A program made the translations under genes and the position numbers. From contig JBBPEB010000017.1 of NCBI GenBank assembly GCA_039096225.1, positions 62,001-126,000 of the forward strand: a DNA stretch of 64,000 nucleotides. Reading direction: 5' to 3'. This document shows positions 48,531 through 64,000 of the stretch, piece by piece. The notes beneath the pieces were generated by a model. That model made no database searches. It saw only the letters and a program-made list of their open reading frames with translations, and was not told the DNA's origin. The stretch comes from Blastocystis sp. Blastoise (lineage: Eukaryota > Protista > Bigyra: Opalinata). The number at the start of each line of letters is the position of its first letter. The first letter of the stretch is position 1.

Positions 48531-48971
48531 TATATCCTTTAATTATTATTATATACTATATATATATTATTTTATTTATTTTTTCATTTTATTTTAGTAG
48601 GGACCTTATGAATTCCTTATTTTAAAATAATTATTCTTATATATTCGTTACATATACAAGTTCAGTGAATTGTTATATATATATATATTATTCACATATT
48701 TGCTTTTTTATTTCATATATATAATTATATATATATATCTATTGATTTATTTATAAATTTCATATATATTTATTGATTTATTAATATATTTTATTATGTT
48801 ACTTTTAAGAATAACTTTCATTATATAATAGATTGTTCATGATCTTTAAGTATCTATTTTTCAGTTATTTCAAATTAGCTTTGTTTAGAAAAATTATATT
48901 TACTATATTTCAATTGTTTTAACAATAAATATGATTAATATGACTCTACAGGTATATAAGACTCCGACAAT

Positions 48972-49259
48972 TCATTTCCATTCCCTGAGTAACTTAATAG
49001 AAAGCAAATTATTAGCTCTATATATAGCAAAGGATCTATGTGTTTTATACGCCATTAAATAAAAACTCTTAAGATAATATTCAACATAATTCATTTAGAT
49101 CATGTTAACCATATGTTTTGTTTTTAGTTTTGATATATACAGTAACATTGTATTGACCGTATAATTGCATAGTTTTCCCTTAGTAGTTGAAAGTGCAGCG
49201 AACTGTAATTCAAATGGATTTCCTTTAAATGAACTTCTTCCTATTAACCCATCATGCTG
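48972..49259 (-). CDS. Possible last two exons of a second, convergent gene inside the MULE
   Basis: Open exon 49259-49141 bounded by TTTAG and GTATAT (QHDGLIGRSSFKGNPFELQFAALSTTKGKLCNYTVNTML). It joins in phase after ATATAG to 49017-48972 (LANNLLSIKLLREWK*). Confidence 0.35.
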
Positions 49260-51614
49260 CTAAAAGAGTCTGATTTGTGTTATTTCAACAAGTATTTATA
49301 GTAATTCATATAATCATATCAAAGAAAAACCTTTTTTTTTCTTAATTCAAATATTAAAATAGTCTTTAAAATTTATATCTATATTTCAATCATATTTATC
49401 ATTTAATAGTCATTTATAAACTAGTAAACTCCACAATTAGCTTAGTACAAATTGCATTGTTTATAATATTTTCCATATTATGTGCATCTATTATTGCTAT
49501 TACGTGATTAATTGCACTTTAATCATAGTATAATATCTTTGCATCATAAAAAAACAATAATCATGAACTTAATTTATAAATTATGAAATAAATATTTTTT
49601 ATTATTAATAATGAAATGGTGGTGATAGCAAAGAATATTACATCATAATCAAGTAGTATTAGCTACTAAATGAGTTAGCATTTTTTTTTCAACATTTCAT
49701 TTTAAATTATTATCCATATTTTTTCATAATATTGAATTTGTATAAGCATTTGATTGCATATATTGTATATAAAATAAAAAAATAACGATAATTATTTTAG
49801 CATGATTACCTTAATTGACTAGTTTATTTGTATAGATACTTCTAATGTTTGTAAAAGCCTTGTTTGAATACAAAAATATATATTTTTTTAATTAATACAA
49901 TAGAAAATTAATTATAAAATGAAAATAGAGAATTGAGGTAAAGTGTTTACTGTAAATTTCTTTTTTTGTTTACTTTTTATATTAATTTATTATTTATTTG
50001 ATATATTTGTTATAAAGACACTATAATACTGCTAGTGATAAGCTTTTAATCATACTTATGATCTTTGTTTGTTTTTTACATATACATATTTGGAATATAT
50101 AATTATTGATAGCAGTATTTTGTATTATCTATACTCTAGATGAATTATGAATGTCTGTCTATTGATTATTAATTAAGAAAAAGAATCATTTCAACGTCAT
50201 GTTATATGATTAATTAGTAAATTAGCCGTTGCTGGAGTTGGATCTTTTTTTCATCTACTTTGACAAATATCATAATAAATAAGACTTGATGATACGAACA
50301 TCTATATGCATAAACAATTTTATTTGCATTTGCCATTCTTAGATATGTAGATTTCTTGGTAAATATGTTTTGTTTACAATTGTAGTGGTAACTTATGTTC
50401 ATTTCATCACTATTTAGTTAAAAATGTTTAATATGAACAATTATCAATTAATGAAAAATAATAGTTTATTTAGAGACACCACTTTGACTCATTGTTATGA
50501 TATGTCTTATGTTGAAGCATAGCGTCATTAAGGTATCTGTAAACTAAATTAACTTCAATGTTACAAATGCTTTGCTTAATTTGCTTCTCTTTTGTTATAA
50601 CTACTAAACAATTGTTTGTATTACATAAATTATAGTTTATAATACTATATAACATACTATATAAAGAATCTAATTCATACGATTGATATAGAGTTACTAA
50701 AGCATTCCTAGTTTGTTATAACTATGGCAATATATCTATATATAGTGTCTATAATGCTTTATATATAATAGTCTGTGATCTCTAATAATTAATAAATATA
50801 TAATAATTCCCCGTAAATATTCCATTGATAGGCATAACAACGTAGTTAAATAGAAGCCGCCCTAAACTATTGTCTGGAGTTAGAAAAGAGTAGTATTATT
50901 GTCTGGAGTATTTAACTCAAAAAATTCTTTGAAATAACCACGGTTCTTTCTCATTCTTCTTCTGAATTTCTAAAATTTTCTTTTTAAAAATGGTATACGA
51001 CATAATGATGATGCACATAAATAACTTCTCCAATTTCACAATATTCCAAGATGATTCTATTTGAATTTTTACATTTTAATCAGGATATACAGAACTAAAT
51101 ACGTTTTACACAACTTTAGATAGAATCACTTGACGAAATGACTTTTTATGAGCATCTATAATTGAGAATTCCAAAAATAAAATACATTTTTTCAAAAATT
51201 TCTTCTTCCATTTTTGGCGGTAGACATTTGGATATTAGGAGTAACATTCAAAAATTCAGCATTATAACGTTGAACAGTATTTTATAATAAGTTTTCATTT
51301 AAAAATAGTGAATCTTCCTTTTTTGATCAATTTATAGATTAACAATGATTTTTATTGTATATAATTATTCATATGCTAAAGATTTTTTCTTCTTTTATAA
51401 ATTTATGAAGATATATCTATCAAAGCACACAAAACTAGAAAGTTAGTTAACAATAGACTTGTGAGCTAATAAACTTTCAATTCTTTTTCAATTATATATA
51501 AAACACTCTGAATTGATTTCTCTTTATACATGAAGTAAGATTCATCTACTCCAAGAAGACAATGAATAAAAACGAACAACAAAATGACTAATTCAAAAAG
51601 AGAAGAAACGTCAT

Positions 51615-54941
<3,327 letters not shown>

Positions 54942-55392
54942 ACTATTCTTTTACTTCTATATATACTTTATTTCTATAATTCTCCTCTATATATATATAT
55001 ATATTTTAATATTGTTTTATATATATTTATATAAAAATTACTTTTCATTCATTATTTTTATTTTTTTTATCAAGTTCCTTTTTCTTTTCCATTTTCTTTT
55101 TTCTTTAATTTTTTTTTTACTTATATATTATATTTCTTTTTGTTCTATTTGTAAAAGAGATTTATTTTAATTGATATTGTTCTTTTTATTAAAAATTTTT
55201 TAAATAATTGAAATTATTTTTAGTTAATTATAATAGAAGTGAATCATTTTTATTTTGAATAGTATATTAAAAAACAATGTAAATATACATATGTATAAAT
55301 TAATAACAACAATACAGAAGAAAAAAGTATTTAAAAAATGGAAAAAGGAGGAAAAGTATGTTTATATATATTTAAATATAATATATAAGTGA

Positions 55393-56196
55393 TTAATTAG
55401 TATATTTGGATAAACTATCATTAAGAGATTGTTTTTGTTCAGTTAATTTTTGTTGAAAATAATTAATCTGTTTATTATGTCCTTCACGTGTTTCTCTTAA
55501 TCGTTGCATTAAGACTTGATTTGCAAATTGTAATGACTTTATTTGTTCTTTTAGAACATCCACTTCGCTTGGAAAACCTATTCAAATAGAAGAATAATAA
55601 CAAATAAATAATAATAAATAAATAATAATAAATAAATAATAATAATAAATAAATAATAAATGAATAATAAATGAATAATAAATAAATAAATAATAAATAA
55701 ATATATAATATATATATACTATCTTGTTCATTATCTTGTTTATCATCATTATTTTCTTCTATTTTTCTAATTGTTTTATCTTGTTCTTTTTCTTCTTCTT
55801 CTTCTCCTATAAAAGTACTATCTCTCATTTTCATTGCATGACTAAATGAAGTTTCTAATACTTTATGTTTAATTATATGATCTTTTTCTTTCATTTTATT
55901 TGTTAATTCTATTATTGTTTGTTCTAAACCTGTTATTGTTTCTTCTAAACTCTTTGTAGTCGACATAGAAGCAGTATATAATAACTCCTATAGAGTTATG
56001 TATAGTAAAAGAAATAAAAATAAATAAATCATATATATATATATATACAAATTCATTTCTGGAACTTAATTCTTGTTCATATTTTGATAATAATTCTTTA
56101 TATGATGATTGAAACTATATATACATTATATTAATAAATAAAGTGTATTCAATAAAAATTAGTAAATATATATATATATATAAAATAACTTTTATA

Positions 56197-56254
<58 letters not shown>

Positions 56255-56906
56255 TATATATATACACTTGGTCATTTTCAATAGTACATTCCTTTAAAGA
56301 ATTAACTAATTCTTCTTTCATTTCTTCTAAATATTCATTATCTTGTGTTAAACTGTTATATTGTTCTTGTAGACCTTTATACTCATTTAATAATGATATA
56401 TACTGAGGTAATGTTTCTATATCTATATCATCAACATTATTTGCATTCACTGTAGTAGAATTATTATTATTAGAATTATTATTATTAGAATTATTATTAT
56501 TTGTAGATAATATCTTTTGTAAAGTATTTTCAATAATTTTTTGAGTATCAAATAAATTCTATATATAATAATAATAAACATTTAATAACAAATATAATAA
56601 AGCATATAATAACAAATATAATAAGCATATAATAACAAATATAACAATATATATAACACTATATATAACACTATATACACTAATTCCTTCATAACAATTT
56701 TTAGTGATATCTAAAATGCTATTAATATTATTATGAATTTGAACTGATTTTTGTTGTTGTTCTTCTGTGTTTTGGAGGGCATCTTCTAAAGAATTTGGCG
56801 TTATAGAAGAAGACAGTTGAGAAGAAGAAACAGTAGGTGTATTAGGAGATGAAACAAACAAAGAATCTTCTATTTCTTTAAATGAATCATTCAAAGCAGA
56901 ATCTAA

Positions 56907-56942
<36 letters not shown>

Positions 56943-57670
56943 ATGAATTTTCAAATAGTCATCATGTTTGAAAATTACTAAGAAATATATATCTAAATAC
57001 ATACAAATCAATATTCACTTCAGGTCTATTTGACACAGATAAACCCATACTATCACGGGAACGTACTAATTCATCACCAGGAGATGATGATGTTGATAAT
57101 GGAGATTTATGAGGTGTATTGGAACCACTCTTTGATAACTTGCTCTATAAAATATAATGTTTATCATATGTTTGCAGTACAAATATTTAAAAATATACTT
57201 TTAATTCTTCAAGTTTCTTCCAATAATTAGTCATAGACTCTTCAAGTTTCTTACATGCATCATTTTTTTCACCATATTTATTCTGCCAGAATTGAACCTA
57301 CATATTATTTATAATTTAATTCATAAAATATAATATATAGAACTACAATAAACAACATACTTGATTTAAAAGATCAGGAACAGGACTATCTTTGAATAAA
57401 TTCGACTTTGCCTTTGAATTTGATATAGGTGACATCAAACGAGACTTCTTCACAGTACTTAAAGGTGAAAGAACATCATTCATGGTTCGTTTTACAGACT
57501 TCTTAGCATCTAATTCTTTCTATAATCAATGCATTATTCCATAATTTAATGAATACATACTGATTGAACTGCATTTTCTTTATTCTCATCTAAAATGGAA
57601 AGCCTATCCAATATATAAATATATATAAACAATAAAAAACATACGCCTCTGGATTGATAACTTGACTCAT
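55393..57670 (-). CDS. Hypothetical coiled-coil protein with an N-terminal KEN box and SP/TP sites (10 exons)
   Basis: Spliced frame MSQVINPEALSILDENKENAVQS.. is continuous through GT-AG introns to ..SKYTN*; heptad-rich segments. Confidence 0.75.
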
Positions 57671-58313
57671 TCTCTTATTATTGTAATATAGAAGGAAACA
57701 ATTTTGAAAACTATCAGAAATCCAAATTCATAAACAAACGATAAAACCTATCCATACTGTTTTTTGAGGGAAAAAAATAATTTTATGGAAATTTGAAAAA
57801 GAATGAGGCAAAAATGGAAATAATTCAAATTACGTGGGCTTTTCTTTAAAAAAGGTGCCAAAAAAGCCACCTAAAAATGTTTTATTATTTTCTATTTTCC
57901 CTCCTTTTCAAATGAATTACTAAGTTTTTATTTATTTATTTCAATTCTTATCTTCATCATCATTTGAATAAAAATTATAATTATTGAGTAAATCACAATA
58001 TGAGGTATCCATATGAATATGTCTTTTGAAATGTAATTGTTTGTAGTTATTCTTTTTGATAAATCCTTTCTAGATCTTTATAATCTTAAATCAGTTATTA
58101 TACGTTATTTTACTTGCCATTTAGTTTTGAATATCTCAATTTATTATAATTTTATAAATTAAAAGTGTCATATACAGCCTAATAACATATAGATAGCAAA
58201 TAATTTAAAAAAATCTACTATTTATAGTAGATTATCACAAAATACAGTAAAATAACTCATTTAAATTTAAATTTGAACAACAATAATAACAGGATACAGC
58301 ATAGTAATTATAT

Positions 58314-59041
58314 TTAATCAATCTTTTTTGCATAATTTGACCTATTATTTCGCTCTTTCCTTTCTAATTCCATCATTGTTTTTCTTTGACTTTCCTTATA
58401 AGCTTCTAAAGCATAATCAATAGCTACACCAAATGCCATAAAGAATAAACTGTTCTTTAAACTAAGTTTACACATTTCTATATATAATTAATTGTAAATA
58501 TACTAAAAAATTATTATATTTCAAAAGAAATACGTTTGAATCCATCATGCCTTGCTTGAAATGTACCAAATGCAACACCTGTTACTCCACCTATAAGAGT
58601 TTTTAAACATATAAATCTTTAATAAATGAAATATATAAGAATACCTCCAATTAAATTATTAATATAATCATCTTTGGCTCTTATTTTTGCAAATGTACAC
58701 TGCATGCATGCAAAGATAAATCCAAAAAGCGCAAAACTAACACCATAGTTGATACCTCGTTCTGCCATAAGTGCAAATGACCTTTTAAATCCATTTTTAA
58801 GTTGTTGAGCTTGTGTACTACCAATAATTTCTCCATGAGATCCTTCAAATGTTGCAAAGAAAACACCCATCGAGGCTCCAGCACCAAATCCTTTATAAAT
58901 TAAGCATTAATTATAAAAAATAAGTATAAAATAACTACCAGCTATGGATGCAAGGACTCCTTTCCAAATACAATTCTCTTGAGCACCAGCAGCAAATTTA
59001 TTTATAGAATAAATAACTCTTTGTTTAAAAGTTGGTTGCAT
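58314..59041 (-). CDS. TIMM22: Mitochondrial inner-membrane translocase Tim22 (Tim17/22/23 family), 4 exons
   Basis: QENCIWKGVLASIAGFGAGASMGVFFA, SFALFGFIFACMQCTFAKIRAKDDYINNLIGGGVTG; carries the two Tim22-type cysteines. Confidence 0.88.
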
Positions 59042-59690
59042 AATTGAAAAATTTTAGCAGAAAAATGTTGTTTTGTTTTATTTTTTTTAAATATATTTTT
59101 ATAGTATTACGTATCTAGCCTATAATAAATTGACAAAAAAATATTTTTTGTTGTCTAATGCATATAGTATTCAAGTTATAATATAGAATAACAAACAAAT
59201 AAATATATATATTTTTTGACAATTCTTGAATTTATATAGAACCTATTTTTATAAGATTAAGGATAGTGGATTTTTATATAAAATTGAACTAAGAATAGAA
59301 ATAAAAATTATTAAGAATGAATAGGAATACAATATCAAGATTATGTATAAAGAGAATAAAATGAATATTGAAAATATAAAGAATTCGTGTCAATAGGTTC
59401 TATTCAAAACAAGAAAAAAATATACAGATATATAAAAACAATACATATATTGTTTTATATAAAATAAGACAACAGAAGTAAAGTATTCATAACTGAAATA
59501 TATAGATATTAATAATAATACTAGAATATAGATAACCAAAGAGAAAACATACATTAATAATAAAAAAAAAAAGTATAGAAATGATTTATATAATGTTACT
59601 ATTATATAAAAAAAAGATTATAGATATATTGTTATAGAGGGAATGTAATTATGAATTTATTATTGGATATAATAAATAGAATAGTATTGT

Positions 59691-61104
59691 TTAATCTACT
59701 TTAACAGCACCGAAGATGGCCATAACAAAGAGCCAAGAAGCGATGAAACCAATAAAACCAGTAAATAAGAAGAAGATGACCGATAATATAAAGATATATC
59801 TAGAGAAATAATATGTAGTAATTATATTTATATTAAGAATATATAATAATTATATATATTAATAATAATAATAAAATATAATAATAATAAAATATAATAA
59901 TACTACACATATAATAATACTAAACATATATATATATATATCCAATGCATTCAATAATAGCAATATAACTAGACATTTTGAAGCTCGTAAAGAAGTAATA
60001 AATAGAGAAACAGAATATATAAACAGAACTGAATCCCGGAGCCATAATAGACTTCCACCACCAATGATAATTTTCAGCACATAATAAAGAATAAGTAATG
60101 ACAATACTGATTTCAACAGTAGAAAGAGCTAAGATCATGATTACTAATAATAAGAAACCAAATAAATAATAATAATGACCCATCCAAATAGCAGATAAGA
60201 AGAAATATAACTCTACGAAAATAACTCCAAAAGGAACAATACCACCAATTAAATATAATATAACAGGAGATAAGTACCAAGGTTGTCTAGGAATTTCTCT
60301 AGGAATAGCAGAAGTAGCAACAGGAGCTTCAATAGGTTCTAATTTATATCCTTTATAAGCACCAAAGAAGACAAGAGGAATATTTATACATAACCAAAGG
60401 AACTATATTATTATTAATATTATGAATAGCTAATATATCAATAATAAACAATTAAATAGTAATAAACATAATAAATATAATAATATATATATACGAGGAC
60501 AGTAAGAAGAGTACCAAAGGGAATATAAGCAGAAGATTCGACATAAAAGAAGAATCCATTCATACCCAAGAAGGTAATAAATATAATACTAGGATAGAGT
60601 ATAGCAGTAAGAAGAACGTTCTTCTTAAAACTCTTACCATTAAATGTCTTATAGAAACGAGCAGAAATATAACCAGCAAAGTATCCTAATAGAATATAAC
60701 TGAAGAGAATAATATTTAACATGGTTCCTCTATGTTCAGGGTTAGAGAATCCACATAAGGCAAGAATTAAGGTAATGAAGATCATCATACATACTTGTAA
60801 ACCACTACCCTATATAGATAATAATAATAATAAATATAATAATAATAATAAATATAATAATAATAATAATATAAATAATAATAATAAATAATAACATAAT
60901 AATAATAATAATATAATATATACGATAGTAACAGTAAGGAGCATAGGATTTGATTCAGGAGCTCTAAATACATCCGCGTGTAACATTTTCCAACCGCTAT
61001 CTTCTCTCTCACTCTCTAAATCTTCATCTACTGCTAATCTATTATAACGAGCAAAATCTTGATATAAAGTACGAAGTAAAATAAGACCTACCATACCCTA
61101 TATA

Positions 61105-61135
<31 letters not shown>

Positions 61136-61541
61136 AAAAAAAATAAATAAATAAATAATAATAATAATATATATACAGTTAAGAAAACAACAATAAGCAT
61201 GGAGTTAATAATAGAGAACCAATGAACTTTATTATTTTGTTTAGAGGGGTCATGATTAAGAAGATTATCAAAACGAGCAGACCATTGGAGATCTGTAGGA
61301 ACCCACGTGACACTGTATGTAAAGATGACACGTGCTTTATCCTATATATATATATATATATATACTAATAAATTTACAATTATAAATACATATATACTTT
61401 ATTATTTCCTTGTGTTTCGACTTCTAGTTTTTCCCCATATATGCTTTGAACAGGAACACCCTTGGCATCACAAGTAGATAATTGACCTTCAGCTAAAGCA
61501 GCTTCTGTAAATGAAGGATCTTTCTGATGACTTATACTATA

Positions 61542-61588
<47 letters not shown>

Positions 61589-62358
61589 TAATAGCTTATA
61601 TATATATACCTCTTAGGAATGACTTCAAATCCGACAATAGTAATAGCATGAGTATTAGGGTTTTCATTATAGGAAATAGTAAAATCTAAATGATTATTAA
61701 TAGCAGTACCAATGGGACTATCACCGTCTTTCATTATACTACCACCTACAGGGTAACCGTGAACATAACTATATTATAAAATAATAATAAATATAATAAA
61801 CATAATAATAATAAAAAGAAAAAAATAATAATAATAATAAATGAATAATAAAAATAAAAACAACAACAACGCATACTAAACAGTTTCAACAGGAGAATCA
61901 ACTTTCATAGAGACAGGTAAATTATCAAGAAGCATATTAGCAATATAATCATTACCAATAATTTCTGAAAAACGGTCTCTAGCATCTACATCATAATACA
62001 TATCACCAATAACACGACCTAAAATTTAAAAAAAAAATAATATATGAATTTATATAAAAAGAAAAACAAATATACATTTATAATCATTCTTGATTTTTAC
62101 AGTATATAAAGAATTTTCAATATGGTTACTAGCAAAGATTTCACCAATAGATTCTTTTTGATGTTCAGTCTTAGCAGGCATAGGGAAAGGTAAATAGTAA
62201 TATTCATAAGGAACATGAGCCTTGACAGAACTTAATCCATTAACATAAATAGTAAGATCTTGATCTTTGGTGTATTCAATGGGAGTAACACCAGGAAGAA
62301 TAGAAAGAGAGCTAGCAAGTAATATAAAAGTAGATATTAAAACGAAGAGTCGAGCCAT
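59691..62358 (-). CDS. Transmembrane 9 superfamily protein (nonaspanin/EMP70), 9 exons
   Basis: Signal peptide, LPGVTPIEY, PYEYYYLPF, LLDNLPV, VHWFSIINS, EDSGWKMLHADVFRAP, GGIVPFG, ENYHWWWKS, C-terminal VKVD*. Confidence 0.95.
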
Positions 62359-63333
62359 ATTCAATAATATCTCAATATATTCTAATGAATTATAAAAAAG
62401 TAGTTTTGTTAATGGATGATTCTTAGCCTTCTTTTAGATCCACAAATAATGAATCATGGTTATTTCACTATATACCCAACATAAATACAAATTTTTAGAA
62501 TTATTTCAACTTTCCTGATCCTACTCCTCTTCACTTTTTTAAATTCATTTTCCCCACGGTTTTTGTTTTCAGAATAGTTCAGTCCATAAACTGATTAATA
62601 AATAGTAGTTTATTCATTTGTCTTTTAAAACTCCATAATTATGTTATTTGTTTTTGTTTGTTTATGGATCTTCTCAAAAAACTAAGGTCAGTCATAATCA
62701 TTGATTTTAAAACAGTTTATTGTAATCATATTATTATTCTTTTTGATTAGCTGTTAAATAAAAGCATATATACCTTGCTTTTTATGATAAAAAAACTATA
62801 CTTATTAAAATATAGCCATAAACAATGCTTTTGATAAGCACAAAGTTACTTTTATTTGTATGGATTATTTTCTAGTAAACATTTTCTGTATCATATTATA
62901 ATTTCTTGTATTATATTTATGTCTCTAATCATATCATTATATTTGAACTGTTTTTTAAGGTAAAAAGCAACATATTTTGAAAGATTGATTAAAACTAATG
63001 TTTATTAACTTGATTATAGATTTTCTGTGGTATACGATAGAAAAAAAATATTAAAATAGTAAGTATCATGGTATTTATCTAACTTTATTACTTTTAGGAA
63101 CTTTGATATTTTAAGACAAATGATTGGATAAGAACCCGAATTCTACGAATCATTTATTCTAAAAATCAAAAGCAACGAATAGAGTTAGGTCGTTTAAAAA
63201 ACTATGTTCTATTTCTAAGACTTTCTAGTTTTATTATTACCTTGCATTATATCAAAATTGTTGCATTTATTCGTATATAAACTGATATACCTAAGTTGTC
63301 TGTGTTATTAAAATTGCTATTTAAAGGATTTCA

Positions 63334-64000
63334 ATGTCTAATTTGTGTGTTGATATATCAAATGGGTCATGTAAACGTAGTATTTCTGATATGCAAGAAA
63401 CTAGAAAACCTGTTCTAAATGATATTACTTTTGTTTTCCAGGATGAAACAAAAACAAGTGTTTCGTTGTCTCTTTTGAAGAAATATCCAAAGTCAATTTT
63501 GTTTTTAACATATGAAAACAATGAGAATCACATAGATGACGAAGATGCTTATTATATTGATTCTCCACCCCTTTCAATCAATCATTTGGTTGCATTATTA
63601 GAAAAAAGGTTTCCTTTGAATGTTTATCTATGAATGAATTATGTAGAGTGTATACTTCCATAAATCATTTCTATGGAAATCAAATTTTTGATTTTGAAAT
63701 TGAATTATTAGATTGTATAATTGATTCATTGAAGGTATTTTTAGAACAAAGTCACTGTGATATGTATGTTTTATAAACATATTAAATTTATATATATATT
63801 CGTATACTTATATATAGTGACTTAGATAATATATATATACTTGAAAATGAACGTTCCATGACAATTCACAGTATTTTTATTCTTTATTCATTTTATAAAT
63901 ATAAATATTATAGGTGTTCTTTCAGAGGAGAAAAAACAATTATTTATGAATTATTACGAAATATTTAATTTGTTGAATATCACCAATGTTACTATGAAAT
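63334..64000 (+). CDS. BTB/POZ (KCTD T1-like) protein, 3'-partial, with an apparent frameshift at about 63605
   Basis: ITFVFQDE..VSLSLLKKYPKSIL..YYIDSPP..HLVALLE is BTB-like. The protein continues in another frame (KVSFECLSMNELCRVY..) and through two GT-AG introns to the window end. Confidence 0.6.

Larger units (their letters stand above)
44120..50918. mobile_element. Full-length Mutator-like DNA transposon (MULE), 6799 bp
   Basis: Exact 9-bp TSD AAAAAATTC at 44111-44119 and 50919-50927. Imperfect TIRs start GAG (GAGAGAAAAACTCCAGACAAT and GAGTTAAATACTCCAGACAAT), each with two copies of ACTCCAGACAA. It contains a MULE transposase. Confidence 0.93.

Overview
Extremely AT-rich, intron-dense eukaryotic nuclear DNA using the standard code. 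Nearly all introns read GTATAT...ATATAG and are filled with microsatellites. The gene content and architecture suggest a protist; a stramenopile such as a non-human Blastocystis lineage is a guess only. Hand-spliced models give about 19 protein genes. These include gamma-tubulin, a MAK/ICK kinase, UBL5, PRP19, RPB8, exportin-7, TIM22, TM9SF, an auxilin-like J protein, an AAAP transporter, a VPS8-like C-terminal fragment, a degenerate acyl-CoA-synthetase-like protein, a 2334-aa intronless Asn/Ser-rich protein and a partial BTB protein. Two mobile elements have exact 9-bp target duplications: a complete 6.8-kb Mutator-like transposon with an intact spliced transposase (44120-50918) and a 142-bp MITE (26079-26220). 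Two unexplained structures stand out. (1) A minus-strand unit from about 5850 to 1424 has splice-site-bounded 5' mini-exons and a 4-kb U/C-rich body without a credible ORF. It ends exactly at a non-decoding tRNA-like cloverleaf, recalling MALAT1/mascRNA. (2) Six introns have one splice site that is non-canonical and matches the exon sequence across the junction. All models are by eye, without transcript or database support.
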